Source: Tubulanus polymorphus (Eukaryota; Animalia; Nemertea). Taken from it: DNA of 64,000 nt. Shown one piece after another: positions 1 to 15,607 of this stretch. Location: the NCBI RefSeq assembly GCF_964204645.1, contig NC_134025.1, forward strand, positions 28,624,299 through 28,688,298, in the 5' to 3' direction. The translations under genes and the position numbers were made by a program. Below the pieces are notes generated by a model, which worked only from the letters and a program-made list of their open reading frames with translations, was not told the origin of the DNA and searched no databases. Position 1 is the first letter of the stretch. Every line of letters starts with the position of its first letter.

Positions 1-1064
1 GCGATCGATGCAGAGAGATTCAAGCGGTTTTGAACGTGATGTGTGGAAAAAACAACTTTATTTTCAGTCTCCTCCATATCGCTGTATTACAGCAGACTCT
101 GCGTCTTATAGCTAGAGACATTTAACAGTATGTGTGTCAATAAGTAAACTCAAATACAGCAACGTAACAAATTGACTTCCGGAGTTGTTTTAATGTCGTC
201 AAATTAACGATAATGCCAGTTGAAGCGATGTTACCACTTGTCCAAGATACTTTGCATCAACAACGAAGATAGTATTCATTTAGTCAATGAGAGTCCTGAT
301 GGTTGAACAAATGTCGTTGCAGAGCGTGAAGTAGTATATAGTGGTTCGGTTGTTTTTAGCCTTGATACAGAAATCTAACTGGAGACATATAGAACCGTAT
401 TAGCTGTTAATTCAAAACGAACGCTGCTAATATATAAATGATCAGGTATAAAGCCCGATGTAAAACCATTTACTCTCTGAGCGATACGTATTAGATATGT
501 AACAGCGGGAGACAACCTGGTAATGGAACGGGTTATTGTCACAGACCCAACCATAAGGGAATAGGCGTGGTGTGCTACACTATCTGCAAATATAATGGTG
601 CGCAGGGTCTTCCTAGAATTAAGTAATATTCCTCTGCAATGTCCATGACAGGAAAATCACATTTGTTGATACTGTATCCCGGGTTATTTGTGCTCTCTCA
701 TCTACGTGTGGGTGAAACTTACTACATGTAACACTATCGGAGTCTACAGCAAAAAAACTGATTCGGGAATATTACTCATAACAATAACATACTTATATAT
801 ATATATATATGTATATATATTCCATCTTTATCACGATCTGGATTTCCAAACTAAAATGATAAGGTTCGAAGTAATTCAACACTTTACTGTGACTAAGCTT
901 ATCACGGCAGCAGCGCCGACAACTCTGGGATGGCACCAATTAATTATTCAACGCTTCCCATAATAAAGGTAGACTTATGTCCGGCATAAAATGTTCTATA
1001 TCAGTCCTTCGACATGGGATTCACCACAATGATCTACGAGTTAATGCAGAAAAAAATAGATACT

Positions 1065-1313
1065 GTCTGGGCCAGACTGAGTAATAGCGGTCTAGTCTGG
1101 GCCAGACTGAGTTATAGCAGTCTGGGGTGTGGGCCAGACTGAGTTATAGCGGCCTGGTCTAGGTCAGACTGAGTTAAAGCGGTCTGGTCTGGGTCAGACT
1201 GAGTTAAAGCGGTCTGGTCTGGGTCAGACTTAGTTATAGCGGTCTGGTCTGAGCCAGACTAAGTTATAGCGGTCTGGTCTGGTCTGGGTCAGACTGAGTT
1301 AGAGCGGTCTGGT
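1065..1313. repeat. 30-bp minisatellite, about 8 copies (consensus GGTCTGGTCTGGGTCAGACTGAGTTATAGC)
   Basis: Head-to-tail copies with few substitutions and no unique spacers; each unit has a short internal inverted repeat (GTCTG-GGY-CAGAC). Confidence 0.95.
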
Positions 1314-4300
1314 GAAAGTTGGAGCTACGAGCAATCATCTCAACCGTTGTAGAAACTTTATAAACGATGACTACACTCATTCATTCATTCCTTCATTTAC
1401 GCACAAATAAAGCTCAAATTTCTCATTAACGCTTAACGATTAATGTTTAATGTTAACGTGTAGCAGTCGTGTTCAACTAGTAAAGTATCTGAAACACTGT
1501 TTAACAACCTGTCAAAGTGTGAAATCTAAGATGTTGATTAACTTTGTTTGTGAACTAGCGCGGGCTGAAGTTGATAGCGACTAATGCTATAATGGAGACA
1601 ATTTGATGGCCCTTCAGCTCTCCAGAGAATGTAGCATTTGCAATATGTTCGACGGTTTAACTCACGAGGACGGCATCGACGTATACTTGAAGAAAAGGAG
1701 CACTCGAAGGATTTTCACATCTAATCACGTATAGGACTTCGCTATATTCAGCTTAGTAACGATATCCAGGCAAATACCTGAGTAATCGTAATCAACATTT
1801 ACAAATGTATCGACTGTATAAGAGGACGATCATTAACTTTAAAAGGACTGACAAAAAATACTCGGTTCAATAGTCATTATATTTCAGCTTCTTGCGTACA
1901 TATGTATTCCATTACATCGTCAACATTCAACTCAATCGAAACGAACACAATCTCGAAAATGGGTTAGAACGATATGGAATATTTATGAAAAAAAAACCGG
2001 CAAACAATTACGAAATAGGCGTTTGACTTTGTGTCAACAGAACATTGATTGCTTTGCATACTCACGTCGGAATTCTGGCCCAGAAGACAAACAACGCCGA
2101 TGATTTGGAACTTGTAGTAAATCCAATAATATTTACAATCAATTAACTATCGGTCACGTTTCGTAATCCTCCGCATCCAGATAAAATCACCATAACGTTT
2201 ATACGCATGATCGCCACCAGCGATTGGAACCAAGCGTATAACAATCATAGGGTAAAAACAAAGCGCGCACTAATAGCATAGTTACCGCGACAATAAGTTT
2301 ACAGCTCGAATAATTATGAATTATCGATATGCGAAATTGACGCGATCACGGAGCAGTAGGTGATGCAGAGAGTGAAAGCCGAGAGTCAGGACTTCTATGA
2401 AATAAGAATTTATCAAGAGACAAAATTGAGCTCATCGCCGCGTTATTCTATGCGACAGTCACGTGAAAGGGATACGTTTATGATATCATGAATGACTGAT
2501 AACCCAACCTCCGGTTTGTGTGACCTTTTTATAGGAAATATCTTCCTCTTGAATGATTATCATTCATCGCGGATAAAACAGAAACACGACGAGATGAACC
2601 GATACTCGACGACGTCACAAGATTCAGGTGCACAGATACGAACGCCGTACAATAGATGTGACATATCAGATCATTCCCAGAAGGGTACCGTCTATATTTT
2701 ATTACCGGTTAATGGTGCATGCGATGCCACGAGTGTAAATACAATGCCAATCAGGATTTTTGATCGGCAAAAAATCGTCTTAAGGTTCAATAATGACGCA
2801 AAGAGAATAGATACAGAGGATGGCGATGCTTCGACTAATGTTGCTCTTGCTCTGAATTTGCTCACGGAGAAGGTGCCAAATGAGCAACTTTGCTTTCGCG
2901 TATGTTTTAAAGTTTCCCATTTACGCGATCTACACTCAATTACGAGCTCGTGTTTCGTATTAATTATTCTATCGAGTTACAGATGACGGTCTTAACTGTA
3001 CTACTACCTAATTCGAGTGAGTAGTAGAACACGTTTGATATCGCTGGAAATCACGTTGAAGAGTGCGTATTCGATCACTCGTATTTTGAAGATCTATCAT
3101 GCCTGAAAAACCGCACATAGGAACCCTATACTGATTTGTTTGCACTAATGATGGTGTTTGCTGAAGTTATGAGCTTGCATTTTATTAAGCGGTATAATTT
3201 TTATACACCAGTAGTCCCGGTGCTTGATAAGCGGCGTGATATACGTGTTCATCGCGGATTATTCCGCGGAATCAAAAACGCCATAGATTGGAAAATGACA
3301 TTTTTATCCAGATCGCTTCGAGGTGTTTCAACTTCGAATTCCTTTTCATCTTCATCTAACAGTACATATATCGATTGAAAAAGTTTTGACAAAAACCGAT
3401 GGAGACGTAAAGCTCGAATGTGTGCTTAAATGTCACAAAAAGCATTTGCACGAGATAAATGTTGCCTCGTGGGCTTTAGTACTGTTGACTTAAGTCTAGC
3501 ATGAACAGATATACTTAGACACACGGTCCGATGAAGCCAGTAAATTTCAAAAAAGTTTCCCACACAATCATAGAGATCAGTCATGAGTAAAAGCCATCGA
3601 TCCCGGGGATCAGGACTGGGAATATACAGTTAATTTGCCCGGTAGTAATCTACAATCTAGTGCCAGAAATACGAAAAAAGATTTACTATACATCACAGCG
3701 AATACATCAAAAGTATCAGCATCAGTTTGGTGGCTTATATATTTATGAATCAGCCATTATTCCTTATATGATCCGGTCGTTTTTCTGTTATCGGGCCAAT
3801 CATTTCCTTATTAGTGCGTCAGCCAGGATACAGTAGCTCAACAGCGCAATGCGGCGCATTTCCTTTCAGGAAGTCACTACGTAAAAGACAACTGAAATCT
3901 ACCCTGTATGTGACAACAAGGTGGCGGTTGATGAAGCATGTATGGTTGTTAATCAGGCTGTCTGTTGGTTGAAAACAGTGCCACGAGCGTGCTATCGTAT
4001 ACTGAAAATTTAATGATTCTCAGTAACAACAGTCTGACATTTGATATGAGAAGAGTAGAAATACGAATTTAAAGTTGTTCATTGGTGAATTCGACTATCG
4101 AAATATGATTGAATCTCAACAAAACATTTATACCGAATGGGATCCAGTTCTAAGGTTCATTTTTGTCAAATCCGGAGTCAAAACTCGAAACTCTCACAAC
4201 TAATGAAGTGGGTACAAATTTAAAAGGCCGTTTTACTTTCTTTCAATTAAGCTGATTGTCCTCAAAGGTTTTCCCATTTTTCTAATGCTGTTGACTGTTC

Positions 4301-7300
4301 CTTTTGATTTCAATTATACTAAAGTAACTGTCTAATACCCCGACAACACAATCACAGTATAACAGCTCTCAATACGACTCCTACCAGACATAAACTGATG
4401 ACGTTTAAGACTTGATGAGACAACAAAACAATAAAAGATTCGCGTCATTTGCAATGAAATTGAGGCATTATCCATCAGTGATTGCTTTCACAATCAACTA
4501 ACAACTGCCTCCAGCTCATTTCCGTTGATGCACACGACGACGATAGGAGGTTTATCCGAGTAATCGTTACAAAATTGAAAACAACAGCGCAATGAAATTA
4601 AAGCGCAGCTTCCCTCTGTACTCGGGAGTTCTACCTAAAGATGTTTCAATTAGGAAGTGTTTCAATGAGGGCTGATCATATCCATCAATGTGCATAGGTA
4701 CAAAGCCAAGGTATGGTCTTATCGACGAGAGACAGTAATTCGTCTACCGGAATTCATTTCTACGGTGAGATGTCCTTTAGAACGGAATGCATACGTACTC
4801 ACATGTCCATTACCATTAATTCAAGATCTACTTAATGACTTGGATGTAATGAGTGTACAGGTTATTTCCGCAGCTCAGGAAAAAAAGATTGCCTGAATGA
4901 TTGCTACAGGAAACCATACGATACAATGATCCGGCAATATTCTCAGGATGGAGAGGGCTCGCTTTAACACCATCCCGTATCTTTCCATTGAAATTTCTCC
5001 ATGACAACTAATCAAGAACATCGGCCTTATTTTTGTAACCTCACCCGCGAAATGCCATTCACGATCAAGCATCATCACCATTATCATCGACATAAACCAT
5101 TAAATCTATATATCACGTTACAACATTCATCATTCATACATCGCACGCTGATTTCTATATGAAATTCACAGGAAGAAAAATGATCGATTTCGATATAATC
5201 CGCCATCATCGAAACTGTACCGGTTCTCATATTACGACATCGGAATATCGATTCAAAATTTGTTGCGAAATGTTTTTACGAGATGTCGTTTGAAAATGAC
5301 GGAACACGAACAAACAGTAGAAGGCTTTATATTGTATCAAATATGGATTAATCTATCTTTTCTCGATCGACTGGAGAGATTTTGCTGGTCGCAGTTTTCG
5401 TCTGTTGTTGTATGGATTTTGTCCGATGTTCTCTCGACGCTGGTAACATTTACAAGTAGATGCCGATGGCGAACTGGTCAGTAAGTATTAGTGATCACCC
5501 ATCGTCTTCCTACTTGTTGACCACAAAACCAACAGGAACACATGCTACGGGCAATCCTTCAACACTTCAAGACCAGGAAACAATTCCTGTCTCTTGACAA
5601 TGTGGTAAATGTCAGCTCCATTACTTCTCATCAAACAGTTTCTCAAACACAAGTTCTGTGCACCACCTTCTCGTACGAAAGTGATGATTATCAAAGGTTT
5701 AATTCTAAACAGAAAGCGAGCGTTACATTATATATATTTCATTACTAGAAACATAAAAATGTTGTTGCGAAGATCGAATTCTTTAGAGAAATCAAACATT
5801 CCTATAGCGCTTTAGTTCTTGATACATGGAATGTTGAATCGGAGCGTGGATCAAGGCATGAGGTTACGTATACACAATATGAATCTGAATATTCAATCCT
5901 AAAAATCCGTTTATTAGCGATTTTAACCTCGTTGCACCGATTTCAAAGATATTTGCCGTCTAGATAAATGAATAAAGGTTGCATGCACCAGGACGGGTCA
6001 GCACTGGACAGATGGGATGTAACAATTACTTGCTCTTTAAATAAGTGTCGGGGTTATTGACCTCGCAGCTGTCTTCTGGGATGACGTCAACTCAAATACA
6101 ATTATATCAATAACATATTATTCATTGCACTTAATGTCTATCGCGTGATCGCCAGTAGATTATCCATTGGCATCTTTTGAAGAGAACGGGCAGTTGTGAT
6201 AGAGTATCAAACATTTTTGTAGGTGTGCAGTACAATCTATATTATTTTCTCGTGAAATACACATTTTCTCGCTATTTATGTGTATATGTATATGCGGCTT
6301 ATACATTGTGTTATCTACCTGATGCACAAGCAATATAGCAAAAGTAGTATTGCCTCTAGCACGATGATCACATCAAAAACCTATCAGCGCGCATTGTGCC
6401 AGAATACCGAGTAAATTCAATTTTTTGGTTAGCCTGTTCTGCAGTCACGACCGTTACTACTGCGGTAGGCGCTGTCAGCCACAACCGGAACTCTAAACGA
6501 ATTGCCAACTTTCACAATAAACCTTGTAATCCTATCAATTTACAAATAAAATCAACATAAACCCAGAAAATTACTAGAAATACTCGACGAGTTACCATGG
6601 ATACCGAAGTGGCCCGATAACGACACATTTTTACGAACCATTTCATTAAGGAATCGGCGAATAAAAAAGTTGTTAAAAAGCTGTTGTCTTGTGAGTAAAA
6701 CGTAGAAGATCATGGCCTCGCTATACGCAGGCTGAACGCTCATCATTTCTTGCCTTACGTGACATTTAAGGGCGCATAACACCGTTAATTATGAATAAAA
6801 AGCTTTGAAGTCGAAATATGTGGTAGAATTCCAAGTAACAGAATCTTCACTTGACATTTAAATCCAATTATGAATCAATATAGAATTTGTCTCCATTAAG
6901 CTTATTTTCCTAAGGCGGATACGACTGTAAATTTAGATGTTTAAACTTTCAAACATAGCCGTTAGGTCATTGATTATGATATTTATAATCGATGTCGCTG
7001 ACTACTCCAGCCTCCGGTAACACGCATAAAAAACACATATTCATTTTAATTCGTTTTGATCGAAACCGATGTATAAACTAAACATACACGTTTATACCAC
7101 GTATATGTATCGCGGCGAAAGAAATTACGCAGAAATAAATCGGTGAAGCCGATGAAATACAGTGGAACAAATAATTATTCACGCGTCTAATATCAACTAC
7201 ATACACGCTTTCATAAAGCAATACCACGACTTGATGTGTTTCTCTATCCCACATTTGGCGATTACGAAGCTGATTATTTTGCCGGCTTGTCGCTAATTCT

Positions 7301-10300
7301 AAAGTCTTAATTAGATTACCCTGTGGTGTTCCGAAGAAAATGTTATTAACCAAGCGACCAAACGGTATACACCAAACACTATTCCAATTATAGCGAACAT
7401 CATAAAAGAAAAATGGCGCCCGATTTTTTGCAGGCGATTTTCTTACAATTATATCTAACTCGTTATCTAAGTTTATCCGCATGTTTGAAACGCAAAAAAA
7501 CATTAGAATTATAAGGCATACTCGTTGTAATTCGGGAAATTACCTAATGGGACTAAACTCCACATGAAGCGCAGTTTCCAATGAATTCATAGAATACTAA
7601 AATGACAAATACACATTTCTTATTTTGACGCATTCATAATCTATGGCATAAGTGCGCGCCATGGGAATATACTGAGCATCAAATTCAGCGATGTAGCTCG
7701 GATAGAAAATGAGTTGATAGCATGACAACTGCATCTGGAACTGTGTATAACTACTAAAACAGACACTGTTACAAGATGAACTTGTCACATTTTCCGAAGA
7801 GAAAAACAATTTTACGCACGCACGAAAATTGACCAATAATTACATCAACCGTTCCTATAAAGTGTGGGAGAACCACTTCACAGTAACTGTGAAGAAAACG
7901 AATTTAAAACATGCGTTTTGAAAAACGAAGGAATTTGACTGAGAGGAGATTCCCGCTGAGTGAAATAAAGCTACACGAGCAAATTTGATGGGTTAAACAC
8001 GATGGGTGAGCACTTTAACCGTATCGACTACCTGTTTCTTACAGATGAATAACACAATTCCCATTAACCTCGAAAAACCTGTTTCTTGTTTTACATCTGT
8101 TTAAAGGCAATTCACATCACTTAATAAATCACATATCTCCACCACCTGTTTCTGGAATTAAATGATCGCTTGTGTTGGATATCTTTTTATCTTCTTGTCA
8201 CAGTGAATTTAATGGAGAAGAATCGAAATTACGAGCCGTGTTTGTAAAATACGACAAGTCATCTCACTTCGATTGGAAATTAACGGTTCAGTTATAATCG
8301 CGGGTAAATAGAATGTAGCGAATCATCTCATGGGTTAATAATCGACATGCTTCTAGAGAAATCAATTCATATCTTCGTTTTTAAGATTGGGCATATCGGT
8401 TTCAAAATCTTGCTGCGCGGGGTATAAGATTACATATATCAGATGAATAAACTAATCGATGGATCGATTTAATCGGCCTACGAACCGAACTGAGATCAGG
8501 TAGTCCTGAACTATTTGACAGAAGATCCCAGCAGCTCAGCTCCTGTCATGAACACTGACAATAACAATGACAAATCTTCGTTAGTAAGTTCATGGTTTTT
8601 CCAGTTAAGACAAGAGACGACGGTCGTTCGTCAATGTACGACGTGAACTAACAGGCGTTGGTTACATAAAACGGTCATATCGCGCGGATTGACGGTGATG
8701 TTGTCCTCGATAAAACCGGTCACCCAATGAATATGCGATAAGACATTAATCAGTTTTTATACACAGTAACGATTGTGAAGCAATGATGTATAGGTATTTT
8801 GTGTATCGGAAGCCACTGAATTCACGTTCATACGACCGCCATGAAAATACATATTTAGTCACTTTTTTCTTTATTTTCCACATGGCCGGCAGAAGCCAAA
8901 TGAATCTATTAGGTCTAATCTCCGTTACAAAGCTACTATTAATCAAACTTTCCTTTTGACAGAACGGTAAAGCGACCACAAACCGATATGTACTCAAAAT
9001 CAATAAAATCTATCTCTCGACCATTTCATAAATGGATAACGGAGTCTATATGGGAACCTCGATTGCAGAATGTGTACATTCCAATCAAAATATACTCATC
9101 AACTTCCATTACTGAACGGATCCCTCTAAGCCTGAGGATCAGTGTTATGGCCCTGAAATGATGACGTCGATACTAGGTTCACATGAGTCAACGTACCAGG
9201 CCGCAGTCGTCATAGCTGGAAAAACTGGATGCAATTCGAAATAGAGTTGTTGATAGGATAACGAGTTGGAAATTGAACGATGTTGATAGCAAGATTGGAT
9301 AAATGATACTTCGAGGCCGCTGTGTCGAAGTGGACCGTTTACGAAATATAAATCTACTCAAAACATGTATTTCTACCGATGATTTTCGAACGTGACGCTG
9401 TCGTGGGACCTTTCGTAATTTTTCGAAATTAGTGACGATTAGAGATTGATTAATGCTAATAAAACGACAGACGACGCGAAGAAACGTCACATTCAATCGA
9501 ACTTTCAATCTGTTCGCTGCGAAACTCCTTTACTTTCCCGACCCCGTCTAATCTCAATCAGATCATCAGATAACCCTACTAAACTATAATCACTCCCAGA
9601 CAGAAACTTGTATTTGATCACAACTTACCGGTACTGTTTGTTAGATATCCACTTAAAAAATCCAAAATTATTCAAGTACAAACTTAACGACCATATTTCA
9701 CTGAATACGAATTAACTGTAATCTCAACAATGAAATCATCGCTCACTTCGCACGTTTTATAGAGAAAAAGCCACTTCTATCTCTAATAGTGTTAACCATC
9801 AAACCAGACAAGCCAGCATCATCTATACTGTAAACTGCATCACACTCAATAGCACGCCATACAGCCATTGGCGTATGCGTCAACCAATAAAAACTATGCA
9901 AATTGTCGAATAAGGTCTCCTCATTATATTGTAACAAATCTTTCACAGGTTTATCGCAACGAAAACAATCTTGTTCAAATCAGCTTCGTTTTAGATCTAC
10001 TCCGATCGTTAAAAAGCGTTGTGAGCGTGTCGATGTATATATATATGTATGTCTATGTCTATTTGGGGACGTTGTTTTTTGCATATACATATATGTATGG
10101 CGGATAAAATGTCGACGGTATTATAGCGACGATAAATTGCGGCGCTAAGTGAAAATCACTCCCTTCTAAACAACAGCTCGAAGTCACCGAGATCAAATAA
10201 AGTTCATTGCAATGCGACATTTTATGATTCGTTCGTAGTGTTGATAGATGAAAATACCACTGATCAATATTCAACCATCAAACTTTATCAGCAGAAATGT

Positions 10301-13300
10301 ATTACATCATATCAATTTACAACTGCACCGAATAATAAAAGAAGTATATACGGATTTATTTCATTCTCTTCAGACGATTCTGTTGTGGGAAATACGTCGT
10401 AGGACATAGATTTTTGCGATCGGAACTGCCGGTCAACAGCGCAGATCGTGTTTCTGACACATTATATCGTAGGTGGTACAATATTGAAGGGTGATGTTAA
10501 GCAAACCAATTAACTTTCGCTCAATAAAGTGGATAAGTAGCCACCAAATGACCCGTGCAAAGATGACCATCCGGGAAACCTGGATGTGCTTTCACGTCTT
10601 GTATTGACTTATATCTCCGGCGTTAATCAGTAAAAGAGACTATTTGGTAAAACCATGGCAGCCAGGAGGATCATAAAGATCGGTTTTAATGTTCATTAAT
10701 TGGGACATAAAACAGTATAGCTACTGCATACCGAATCGCGTGAGCCAAAGGAGTACGGCCACTTCTATTCCGTGCACAATCACTGATGAAATAAACAAAC
10801 TTTGATTGGCGATGATATTATTACGCAACCTAAAAAAGTGAATACTACTATTCAAACAAAATAATGCGAAGCAAGTTTTATAGGCTCGATAAATAAACAC
10901 ATCAGTATTCATCATCAACATCTATTAGTGTGACTTGAATTCATTTCGATTCAATATTTTAAGATCGAGAGAAAGAAAAGTAATAAATCATCGTGTGTAA
11001 CCGCAAGATGCTTTCACACGTGCATCGCACGATAAACACAGAGCACCAGATTCGCACTGAAGAAACTGCAAGAAGTGAGTACGGTTTAATTTGTCGGTCG
11101 TCATCCCCAGAGGACCGAGCTATACGCGACGAGCAATACGCTCACTGAATACGCAACTGTGGATAAACCATCGTCAGATGACACAAAATATGAGTTAGTT
11201 CATGCATAAATGTTGAGCGAACTAACTCCGCGAAAGTGTGCGATAACTAGAAAATGGGAGGCTATGTTTGTGACAGGTTTATCCAGATAATCCTCAAGTT
11301 AATATATAACTGATATGACCTGGGTATCAGTTATCCATTTGCTCAGTTGGGTGTAAGCACACTATACTGATTGTCGTTCAATGATAATATACCCGTCGCT
11401 GAGTCCTGTCATATTGAAAGAGAGAAAAAACGAAGAAATTCAAATTAAATTTCTTAGAAACAAGACGCGTTATAGGTTTTTGGAACGTTAGATTGTCAAA
11501 CACTTCTCCTTTACAAAAAAACATGCATGAGCGTGCACAACTGTTTTGAAAAATTAATGAAACCAGCGCGAAAACTTGTTGCAATTGACTGAAATCATAA
11601 TTTTCTGTAGCCAGTTGAGTCGGTGTGAAGCGAAACAGAGTCCAAAATGACTCGTGGGTATAAAAAGCCAGACCATGTTTGCAGCAAATAATGGAGATGA
11701 ATAAAATCATTTATCAGCGAACAGAGCCCATAAAAATGACTGATCGCATCATACTGCTTCGTATAATACACTAAATATATAGCTCTCCTCCATGTTTATG
11801 CGAGGGAATAATTATGATTTGAAGTATTGTGGTTTTCGGTCGGATCAAGACCATTCGTGGTTATCTGGCTTAACTCTTCCTACAGTATTGTATATCGACG
11901 TCACGGCGAATCGATGATAAAAAAATCCGAATACGTCCACAGGAAATGATTTTCCATTCGTAAGTTTTTTCGTTGATCCAGACGACTCTACAACTCGGAA
12001 AGCACTACGAAAAAGTATACTCGTATCTTTTTTGAAAAGGGAATATACATGTTATGTTGATGGGAACAACCAGCAGCAGAGGTGGAAATATGGAATGAAT
12101 CATTCCGCGATTTCAGAACTCAGCCTCCGAGATGACCATTCGACCCTTCATCACACACAATACAAACATTATAAATTCATAAGAATCGTCAAATTACTAA
12201 GAACATGGAATATCATCAAAGGAAGGAGAATTGACCATATCTGTATATCAACAGAAACCTCTGAAATTCACCTGCAACGAGTATGAATTTCATTTATCAG
12301 TTCGACGCGGCAAGAAATGGAAAAGAATTGTTATGAATGTTACTGATGATTACATTATTCATCATAGTTTGGTTGAGACTGCAGAGGTCGAAACTGCAAT
12401 AAGATAGGCCAATCATCATTAAGTGTATTCAGTAACCAGAGAGATGAGCTTTACTCGCTATAATCAGATGAAGGTGACAAATACCGGGGGATATTATATT
12501 AATGGATTTTATACGAAAGACCTTTTCGTAATCGAAATAAAATGCATGGCAGATGAATAACATTATTATTGAGTTACGAAATAAAATCATTAGAAAATTC
12601 ATCCAATTTCGTTGTACATATAGGTGTATATGGCCCTGCGGCATTTCTAGGCAAAGTTATTGCTTTCAAGCAAACCTCAAAAGCCATTATCCGTTCTCTG
12701 AAGACTGCGAAAAAACTTCTCGATTTTGATCTAAACTATGAAAAAAGATGAATTGTCGGAAGTTTTCTGGTCTCGTTAGAATTATATCTGTTCTATATTT
12801 AGAAAAAAAACAACTCGCTGTCAGTGAGAAATTAAATTAGGATTGCTTTTACGCCTTGTAACGAACACGATCAAATGATGACACTTAAACGGCGTTTCTG
12901 ATCATCTAATTTCATCAAGGTATCTTTGTAGCGAAGAACGACAAGGCGTCACCGGTAAGCTATCGGTTCCACGCTACTGATCCGACTTCAATATCAGCAT
13001 GCATGTTGATAGGTTGCATGCTTGAGCAACTACTGGGACTATCGCAACACTCCTTTGTTATTTGGTGACTCCCTGGTTGGAGAAGAGCTAAGCGAGGATT
13101 CATAAAGAATCGGAATATTCATGCTGAAAAGGCATATTTTTATCTTTGGGAATTAGCGGGAATTAGTGGCGCCACAGTGTATTGAATGTCAAGGTCAACT
13201 GTAACTTTCCTTCAGTTACATTTGATGCTGACGCGCTGTCACGTAAAAAAGCTCTTTGCGTGGATCAGTTCGCGAAAGGTTTAATTCTAAATCAATTCAG

Positions 13301-15607
13301 TTTCTTCATTAATTCAGTTTTTGTGATTGAAATTGGGCGTTGATCTAATTTCATCGTCAATCACTTCGAGCCTGTAGGTGTTTAAAAAAATTTAAAACTT
13401 TCTTACAAAATATGTCCTCGAAGGGAAACGTGATGAGCGTTTTGTCGAATCGGGCAATTTCCAGATAAATGATTGTCGTCGGACACGTTGAAAATACTTG
13501 TTGAAAATGTTTGCATGGAACGATACCCTCAGGAAGCTACACGAACATGCTCTAATTATAAACGCCCGAGGTAGTTCATGACTTAGTCTTCGTACAGACG
13601 TTATACTCCGTAGGATTATCTAGTTTCAATTAATGATGAATTGCTTTTACAACTTGACGCAGGATCATCTTTCCCCCATATCAACATGACCGCGAATAAT
13701 TTCTTCCGAGACAAAATCATATTGCGCGCTGCAAGCAAATGACACAAACTGGCAAATTATCTTGTGGCATCAATAGTTAATGGAAATCCCATATTACCCT
13801 AGAGTTAAGGGAATGTGTATAATCATTGCTGACGAAATGACTAAACTGGCCAGTTGAGAAATAGCCGTATAGATACCCTAGAAAACTGGACATCATGGTG
13901 CTATACTGCAATGCCTAGCTGTTGACTCAATGGTCAGCTACTGCTTTCCATATACGTATGCTACGGGTATAACTGAAATAATTATGCTTTCCACTTGAGT
14001 TCATAAATACGAAGTTTCTTAATATCTTATATCTTTCTTTCTTCACTTTTTTGTTGATTTGGAAAGGCTACTTGTCCACTTGATGCACGTACAATAATGG
14101 GATTACATCGACTCGGTATTACTGTAAATGTAGCTCGAGGCCTGCCTCTAGATATTGAATTACCATTAACGTCACCCACTTCGTCGATACGTTCTGCTTG
14201 ACCTTCTTAAAACTTCTAGGTTTATTTTTCATGTCGTAAATGGAAAAAGAAGAATGTGTATAAGCTCTTATAGCGGCAATTCATCAACGATGCCAGTCGT
14301 AGATAATGTCTACTGTGGGAATGACCGAAGATAAACTTAACACTCGCTGACCACAAAATGTCGAGATGATATGACAAATTGCTCATCTAGCAAAGTCGGC
14401 AGCTTTGCTTCCAAATGCGATCAACATGCTGAATCCGAAATTTTTCCGTGTTTACACCGCATTAGTTTCTGAAAGTAAAGGAATCAGCACGTCTGTCGTA
14501 ACCAGAACGTCAGACTATATCATGTGTTCAGCCCGCAGTAAAAAACCGATCATATTTCACAGTCCAGAATCTAATGCGTCATGCAAAGGGAATATCTTTG
14601 AATAGTTTTAGCTTCTTTTAGTCGATAACTTTCTCTATATTCATAACACCAGTCGGGTTCATTTGGGAAATGGGTGTAGCTTTGATAAGTCACATTATAT
14701 CATATCTACCATAGAAGCCAGAATTGTTTTTCTTCTTCGGTGGATTACGAACATTTTTATTTCGTCAGTGGATCATAAGAGTTTCTTAATTGAACTACGT
14801 CTCATATTCATTTGTCACTCATTTATAGTCTAGTTGTTAGGCAACCCTAATTTCACCTATCAATGATTTCGCATGCAACCAGACCATGAACAATATCTAA
14901 TGATTATCGTCATACCTCATGCAAAATCCCAATGAATTTTGACTGCGATAAATCAATTTAAATTGAAATATTGAAACATTTTATCCTCGTTGACGTCCCA
15001 AATCCAAAGACACCGATTACGTGTGTGAGCTATATGTCGAACGTTATATTTTTTACGATGCGTATCAATTTTACGTAATATTCTGTACAAGTCAAGATAA
15101 ACCGGTAAGGAAGACATATCTGACGACTGTCACCGCAATTTCTCTCATGCTTCCTGAACATTTCAGTGATAATCTAGATTGATCACGTTAATTGCAAGTG
15201 AAATACTAAAACCTATTCATCAGCGATCATTAGATACATGTCATATGATTGTAGCTTACCACTTTCACCTAATGGATACTTTCATTCTAAAAGTAACTAT
15301 TTTCATTAAAAACCATTTCACGCGAAAATAACATCTTTTTATTCATCCAGCGCGGTGGTGGCCATTTCTACAATCTAGTAATGACGGGAGTAGTATTCGA
15401 AAATGACACGAAGAAGACCTAGAAAATACCACTCTTTAGCAAGTTCGCTATCGTTCAACTGATACGCTTTGGCTGCTGGTATGGGTATAAATCGATGACT
15501 CGTGCAACGGACTAACGGTTATTTATTTCAATATCAGATGTAAAAGACATTTTCCCGAGCACTACTGGTACATACAAGTGTTATATGGCTGACTGATGCC
15601 ATCTTAC

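Noticed and set aside
1065-1313. CRISPR array (30-bp repeats with an internal palindrome)
   Set aside because: Units are contiguous with no unique spacers, there are no cas genes, and the context is eukaryotic.
2492-2986. 164-aa ORF as a gene
   Set aside because: No recognisable motif, convincing splice partner or codon pattern; compatible with a chance ORF.
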